A stretch of 64,000 nucleotides of DNA. It comes from Gemmatimonadales bacterium. GTDB taxonomy: Bacteria > Gemmatimonadota > Gemmatimonadetes > Gemmatimonadales > GWC2-71-9. The stretch spans positions 448,001 to 512,000 of the forward strand of contig OZ252244.1 in NCBI GenBank assembly GCA_965249575.1, read 5' to 3'. A program made the translations under genes and the position numbers. Under the pieces are notes generated by a model. It saw only the letters and a program-made list of their open reading frames with translations, did no database searches and was not told the DNA's origin. Below, piece by piece: positions 59,564 to 64,000 of this stretch (positions within the stretch are counted from its first letter, which is position 1; every line of letters starts with the position of its first letter).

Positions 59564-62500
59564 TCAGTCGGCGGAAGTAGTCGAGGATGAGGCGTCGCTC
59601 CTCGGGGGATAGCTCGCGGAGCTCCTCCCACGTCGGATAGCGGTATCGGGGCGCCCCTACGGCCCCTGGCTCGAGCTCGGATGGCACCAACAGGTTCTCG
59701 CCTCGCGCGGTTTTTGACTTGCGCTCGAGATCTTCGTCTTCCTCCTCGCCGGTCAGCGTGCGGCCTGCATCCAACAGCCGATGGAACAACTTGTCCTGCC
59801 GCTCGACCGTCCGGCTGTTCAACTCGCCCCCCTCCAGCTCGCGAGCGATGCGGCGCGCCTCCTCTGAAAGCTCTCGCATGCCGCTGGGGGTGGAGCCTTT
59901 GGCATCGAGCCGCTCGAGCTCTTCGGCAACGGCCCGCTGTCGCTCGGCCAGCATGCGCATCTGCTGCAGCAGCGCTTCTCCTTCGCCGAGCTGGATTTGA
60001 GGAAGCAGGCTCCCACTCTGACCGGCAATCGCGCTTTGGGTCCCGGCCATTTGCGCCAACCGTTCCACGGCCTCACTGAACCCGGAGCCGGTCCCCGCGC
60101 TCTGCACGTCCTCGCGTGCCTGAAGCAGGGAATACGCGACCGAGTTGAGGCCGGTGACGGCTTGCCCCGCAATCGTGGCCGCGTTCTTCGTGTCGGGCGC
60201 CGGCTGCTGGAGGCGCTCGAGCGCCTCCTTCATGCGCAGGCGCGCCAATCCGAGCGCCGTCGAGATTTCCGGGGAGATGAGGGCGTTCTTGCCGGCCGCC
60301 TGCTGGAGTCGCTGGATGATCTTCTCCATTCCCTCCTTGAGGGCCGCCTGTTTCCCGCGGAGCTCCGCGCCGGACTCCCCGCGCCGGAGACGATCGGCAA
60401 GCTCTTTCTGCAGCCGGGCGAGGGAAGTCGTCTCCATCAGCGCATGGTCCATCTTGCCTAGCACTTCGCTCTTCCACGCTTTTCGAAGCTCGTCCCGCTG
60501 CTTCTTCAGCTGTTGCGACATCGGCTGAAGCATCTGGCTCGCCTCCTCGCCCGCCTGGCGTGCCTTGTCCACCTCCCGCTTCTCAGCTTCGTCCGCCGCC
60601 TCTTGCATCTCCTCGGCAGCCTGCCGCGCCTTGTCGCCCGCGTCCTCTTCGTCGGGCTTCCCTTCTTCGTCGTTCGGCCGGCCATCGGTCGAGTCGCTCT
60701 GTTCCTGATCGGGCGGCTGCTCCATGTCTGCGGTCGATTGCTCGATCATCTCCTGCAGCTCATCCAGCCGGGCGGCCAGGCTATCGGTCTCCATGGCGAG
60801 CTGCCGTTCGTCGAGCGCCATCGACGAATCCGGTTCCAGCCCGAGTTGTTCATTCCAGTCGTCCTGCCGGTTCGCCAGATCTTCGGCGTCCTCGGCCAGG
60901 GTGGTGAGAGAGCCTTCGATGGCCGCTCGCTCGAACAGTTCCTGGCTGCGCTCCAGTTGCTCCTTGAACTGGCGCCCCGACTCCGCCAGCTGCTCAAACG
61001 CGTCGCGCGAGCGCTCGGCATCGAGGTTCTCCAATGCCTCTCGAACCTCGTTGAGCTTCGCCTCGAGGTCTGGCGTCATCGCACGATCGAGCAGCCGCTC
61101 CAGGTCCTTCAACTGGCGCTGAAACTCGGGATCGTCGAGCCCGGCCGCCTCGGCCGCCTCGGACAGCTTCTCCAAGTCCTCGCGAAGCTGCTCGGCCCGA
61201 TCGATGACCTCCTCCTGATCTTCGGCCAAGTCACCCGCCCGCTCCGCGGTGTTGAAGTCGAGCTCGGCGTCTTCGCCCCCCTCACCCAGCGCCCGCTCGG
61301 CCGCCATCTCCTCTTCCGCCCGCGCGAGCTCTTCCTGTTTCGTCACCAGGGAATCCACTCCCTCGCCGATCTCGCTCGTGGCAACCCGCACCGCCTCGCG
61401 CATCTCGGCCAGCGTGGGGAGGCGAAGGACGTACTCGGGACTCACGCCCATCTGTGGCGTCGGGGCGTTGTCGAAGGCGCGCAATCGGAAATGGGCCGTA
61501 TCACCGGGCGCGAACCCGCGACCGTTCAAATCGAGCACCCACTGCAGCACCAGCCGCTCGGCACCCTCCTCCGGCAACGGAATCGGCTCGATGAGCCTCT
61601 CGTCGCTCACGCCCCGCCGGCTCACACGCCGCATCTCGAGCTGCACGCGCGTGACCAGATGGTCGTCCCGCACGTCTACGACCAACGGCTGCTTGAGGGT
61701 GGCGGGGGCGGTCGTATCGCCACCGGGCACCGGGACCGTGACCGTTGGCGCGCTGTCGCGCACGGCGATGATGTGGAGCTCGGGAGGCCGCCCCTCAAGG
61801 GCGCCCCCACCCTCCGGCACCGCAAGCAGCGTCCACGTACCGCTCCGCGTGACCCGCAGCGCGCCTGCAAACGCCTGGCCTTCCGTCGCGAACGCGGCGC
61901 TCCGCCCACCGCTCAGACTCCAGCCGGCCGATCGGAGGGGTACGGTCGAGCGGCCTCGCACTGAAATGCGGGTCCCCGTCGGAAAGAGAAGCGTGTCCGG
62001 CCCGGGAAGGATGGGCTCGTCGGGTAGTACTAGGTACGACGGATACTCGGCGATGAGCGACAGCTCGGCGAGAAAGGCGGGCAGGGCCACCCTGACCTGC
62101 ACCGTTTCGGACATCCTGCCGCCGCTCGCGGCGCGAACGAACCGATCGCTCTCCAGGGGTCCGAGCGTCCTGACGGCCCGGCCCAGCGAATCGAGGGCCA
62201 GCGGCAACGCACTCCACGGCTCGCCGGGTGCCCGAACCATGAGGCTCGCAGCCCGTCGTCCTTCGGCGACCACCGTGACCTCCACCCGGTCGCCGCGGCG
62301 CACGTCGCTTCGGTCGACGGAGATCAGAATCGGCCCACGTGCCTTGGCCACAGTCGCTATCGGGTGCCAAAACGCGCTCGCGCGGCTCGAGGACGGCCCC
62401 GTCAGGAAAAACGCACCCAGCGCGCCGGCCGCCGCGATCGATGCGAACCGCAGCAGCTTGACGCCCTCCCCCCGCGCCGGCCGGAGCGCGTCCTCACCGT

Positions 62501-62885
62501 GTTCTTCGAGCCACGCAACCGCACGCCCGTCGGCGAGCTCGGCGAGGGCACGGCTCCCCCGCGGATCTTCCGCGTCGGCCATGCCCGCGATCGCTCCATT
62601 GCGCAGGCCGCCGCGTAGCTCGACCTCGCGAGCCAAGCGCTTCGCGCTGCTGGTGCGCAGGCGCCGCCGGAGCCAGAGATACGCGCCGCCTGCCACGGCC
62701 AACGCCGCGACCCACCCCGCGAGAACCGCCGCTGGCTGTAACCGATAGAGTCCGAGCCGCGCGAGCACGACGCTCAGTCCAAACACGGCCAACACCCCGC
62801 CGACGGTCAGCAGCACGCCGGCGCCCACTTCGCGGCGGTTGAATTCCCGCCCGCGCGCTTCGAGCCAGGATCTGGTTTCCGTCAC
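59550..62885 (-). CDS. DUF4175-like membrane protein with long coiled coil
   Basis: N-terminal transmembrane helices, Ig-like region, RAFDN, Q/E-rich coiled coil, DYFRRL end. Confidence 0.75.
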   Translation of the reverse strand: MTETRSWLEARGREFNRREVGAGVLLTVGGVLAVFGLSVVLARLGLYRLQPAAVLAGWVAALAVAGGAYLWLRRRLRTSSAKRLAREVELRGGLRNGAIAGMADAEDPRGSRALAELADGRAVAWLEEHGEDALRPARGEGVKLLRFASIAAAGALGAFFLTGPSSSRASAFWHPIATVAKARGPILISVDRSDVRRGDRVEVTVVAEGRRAASLMVRAPGEPWSALPLALDSLGRAVRTLGPLESDRFVRAASGGRMSETVQVRVALPAFLAELSLIAEYPSYLVLPDEPILPGPDTLLFPTGTRISVRGRSTVPLRSAGWSLSGGRSAAFATEGQAFAGALRVTRSGTWTLLAVPEGGGALEGRPPELHIIAVRDSAPTVTVPVPGGDTTAPATLKQPLVVDVRDDHLVTRVQLEMRRVSRRGVSDERLIEPIPLPEEGAERLVLQWVLDLNGRGFAPGDTAHFRLRAFDNAPTPQMGVSPEYVLRLPTLAEMREAVRVATSEIGEGVDSLVTKQEELARAEEEMAAERALGEGGEDAELDFNTAERAGDLAEDQEEVIDRAEQLREDLEKLSEAAEAAGLDDPEFQRQLKDLERLLDRAMTPDLEAKLNEVREALENLDAERSRDAFEQLAESGRQFKEQLERSQELFERAAIEGSLTTLAEDAEDLANRQDDWNEQLGLEPDSSMALDERQLAMETDSLAARLDELQEMIEQSTADMEQPPDQEQSDSTDGRPNDEEGKPDEEDAGDKARQAAEEMQEAADEAEKREVDKARQAGEEASQMLQPMSQQLKKQRDELRKAWKSEVLGKMDHALMETTSLARLQKELADRLRRGESGAELRGKQAALKEGMEKIIQRLQQAAGKNALISPEISTALGLARLRMKEALERLQQPAPDTKNAATIAGQAVTGLNSVAYSLLQAREDVQSAGTGSGFSEAVERLAQMAGTQSAIAGQSGSLLPQIQLGEGEALLQQMRMLAERQRAVAEELERLDAKGSTPSGMRELSEEARRIARELEGGELNSRTVERQDKLFHRLLDAGRTLTGEEEDEDLERKSKTARGENLLVPSELEPGAVGAPRYRYPTWEELRELSPEERRLILDYFRRLNDAR

Positions 62886-63544
62886 AGTGCCGCCGTCACC
62901 GCATACACGAACAGGTTGACCCCCATGCGAAGAGCGTCTTGCCGCTTCCCGGGCGGATCGTCATGAACGTCCGGGTCCTCCCACCCGTCACCGAGATCGG
63001 TCTGGTAGGAGTAGTACACCGCTAGCCGCCCGTCGATGAAAATCCCCAACCCCTGCGCTGGCTTCTCGTCATGCTCGTGAATCTTCGGTATCCCACGTGG
63101 GAATTCGTGCACGATATGGTATATCGGGTGGTCCAATGGCACGTCAACCAGTGGCGACCGAGGGAACACTCGGGCCATCTCGCGGCGAAAGGCCTCATCC
63201 ATGCCGTAGTTGTCGTCAGCGTGAAGGAATCCGCCGTTTTCGAGATACTGCCTGAGGGTTCGGATCTCCGCCTCGGAGAAGCTGACGTTTCCATGCCCGG
63301 TCATGTAGAGATAGGGGATCTCCCACAGATCGGCGCTCCGGAGCGTCACGACTCGCTCGCGCTCGGAGACGTCGAAGTCGGTGGTCCGGCGGATCTGGGC
63401 CAGGAGGTTTGACAGGCTCGAGGGGTTCCCGTACCAGTCACCGCCGCCGCCGTATTGAAGGCGCCCGATGGTCATGGGACCGGGCGTCGGGGGATCGACG
63501 CCCAGGACCGCTGCAATGGCGATCGCTGCCGCGGCGATGTTCAC
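62882..63544 (-). CDS. DUF4159 domain protein
   Basis: YGGGGDWY, YMTGHG, GGFLHADDNYG, DLGDGWED. Confidence 0.9.
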   Translation of the reverse strand: MNIAAAAIAIAAVLGVDPPTPGPMTIGRLQYGGGGDWYGNPSSLSNLLAQIRRTTDFDVSERERVVTLRSADLWEIPYLYMTGHGNVSFSEAEIRTLRQYLENGGFLHADDNYGMDEAFRREMARVFPRSPLVDVPLDHPIYHIVHEFPRGIPKIHEHDEKPAQGLGIFIDGRLAVYYSYQTDLGDGWEDPDVHDDPPGKRQDALRMGVNLFVYAVTAAL

Positions 63545-64000
63545 GAGCTGGTTACCATGCGATACGCCTCGTTGCGGGACAGCCCGAACTCCGTCGCCAA
63601 TCGTGCGGCCGCGTCCTTCCGGCTCACCCCCCCCGCGAGCAACTCGCTCGCCCGTTCGTGGGCTCGGGGCGATGGCAGTGTCGGCGCGGTGGGTGCGCCC
63701 GCCAGGAGCACCGTCACCTCCCCGCGCGGTGCTCGGCTCTGGTAGTAACCCGCCAGCTCGGTGAGGGTCCCTATCTTCAGCTCCTCGTGGAGTTTAGTGA
63801 GCTCCCGCGCGACCGCGGCGCGCCGCTCTCCACCGCACTTTTCGGCCAAATCGCCGAGCATCGTGACCAGCCGGCCCGGTGCCTCGAAGATGACGACCGT
63901 CCAGTGGCTCGCTGCGGCTTCCGCCAACAGTTTTCGCCTGTGCGGGCCGCGTCGCGGCAGGAACCCAATAAAGATATACCGATCGGCGGGGAACCCGGAC
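63541..64000 (-). CDS. rsmI: 16S rRNA C1402 2'-O-methyltransferase (5' part outside the window)
   Basis: FIGFLPR, FEAPGRL, ARELTKLHEE, RGEVTV. Confidence 0.93.
   Translation of the reverse strand, partial: SGFPADRYIFIGFLPRRGPHRRKLLAEAAASHWTVVIFEAPGRLVTMLGDLAEKCGGERRAAVARELTKLHEELKIGTLTELAGYYQSRAPRGEVTVLLAGAPTAPTLPSPRAHERASELLAGGVSRKDAAARLATEFGLSRNEAYRMVTSS

Noticed and set aside
60513..62748. Plus-strand ORFs of 483 and 499 aa
   Set aside because: Antisense to the coiled-coil gene, with low-complexity translations.

Overview
This is a high-GC bacterial chromosome segment. Its gene content and protein style resemble Gemmatimonadota (inference, not verified). Both flanks are housekeeping. Left: thrS, valS, selA, purN, purH, DUF2723 glycosyltransferase, TonB receptors, UPF0182, TlpA-like redoxin, glnS-YqeY. 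Right: ABC/LolA-like operon, USP, tRNA-Ser(GCT), gltX, aminotransferase, JAB-DinG, a DUF4159/DUF4175/TPR cluster, rsmI. The centre (about 24.2-43.6 kb) is a decayed composite mobile region around tRNA-Ser(TGA) at 37900-37983. An exact copy of the tRNA 5' half lies 13.66 kb upstream and a degenerate copy of its 3' half lies about 5.6 kb downstream, so the tRNA appears to carry an island on each side. The islands contain an integrase remnant with paired arm-like repeats, two different small-terminase-like genes sharing a C-terminal tail (no large terminase or capsid gene), a replicase/helicase fragment and three iteron-like arrays. They also carry candidate defence genes (HEPN-like, Sll1717-type ATPase, HicA-like), a small gene bracketed by 29-bp palindromic direct repeats, duplicated cargo genes and four Ser/Thr kinase fragments. 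This fits phage-satellite-like remnants. Several single-base frameshifts in short homopolymers may be sequencing errors. All family assignments come from motif recognition by eye; no database searches were run.
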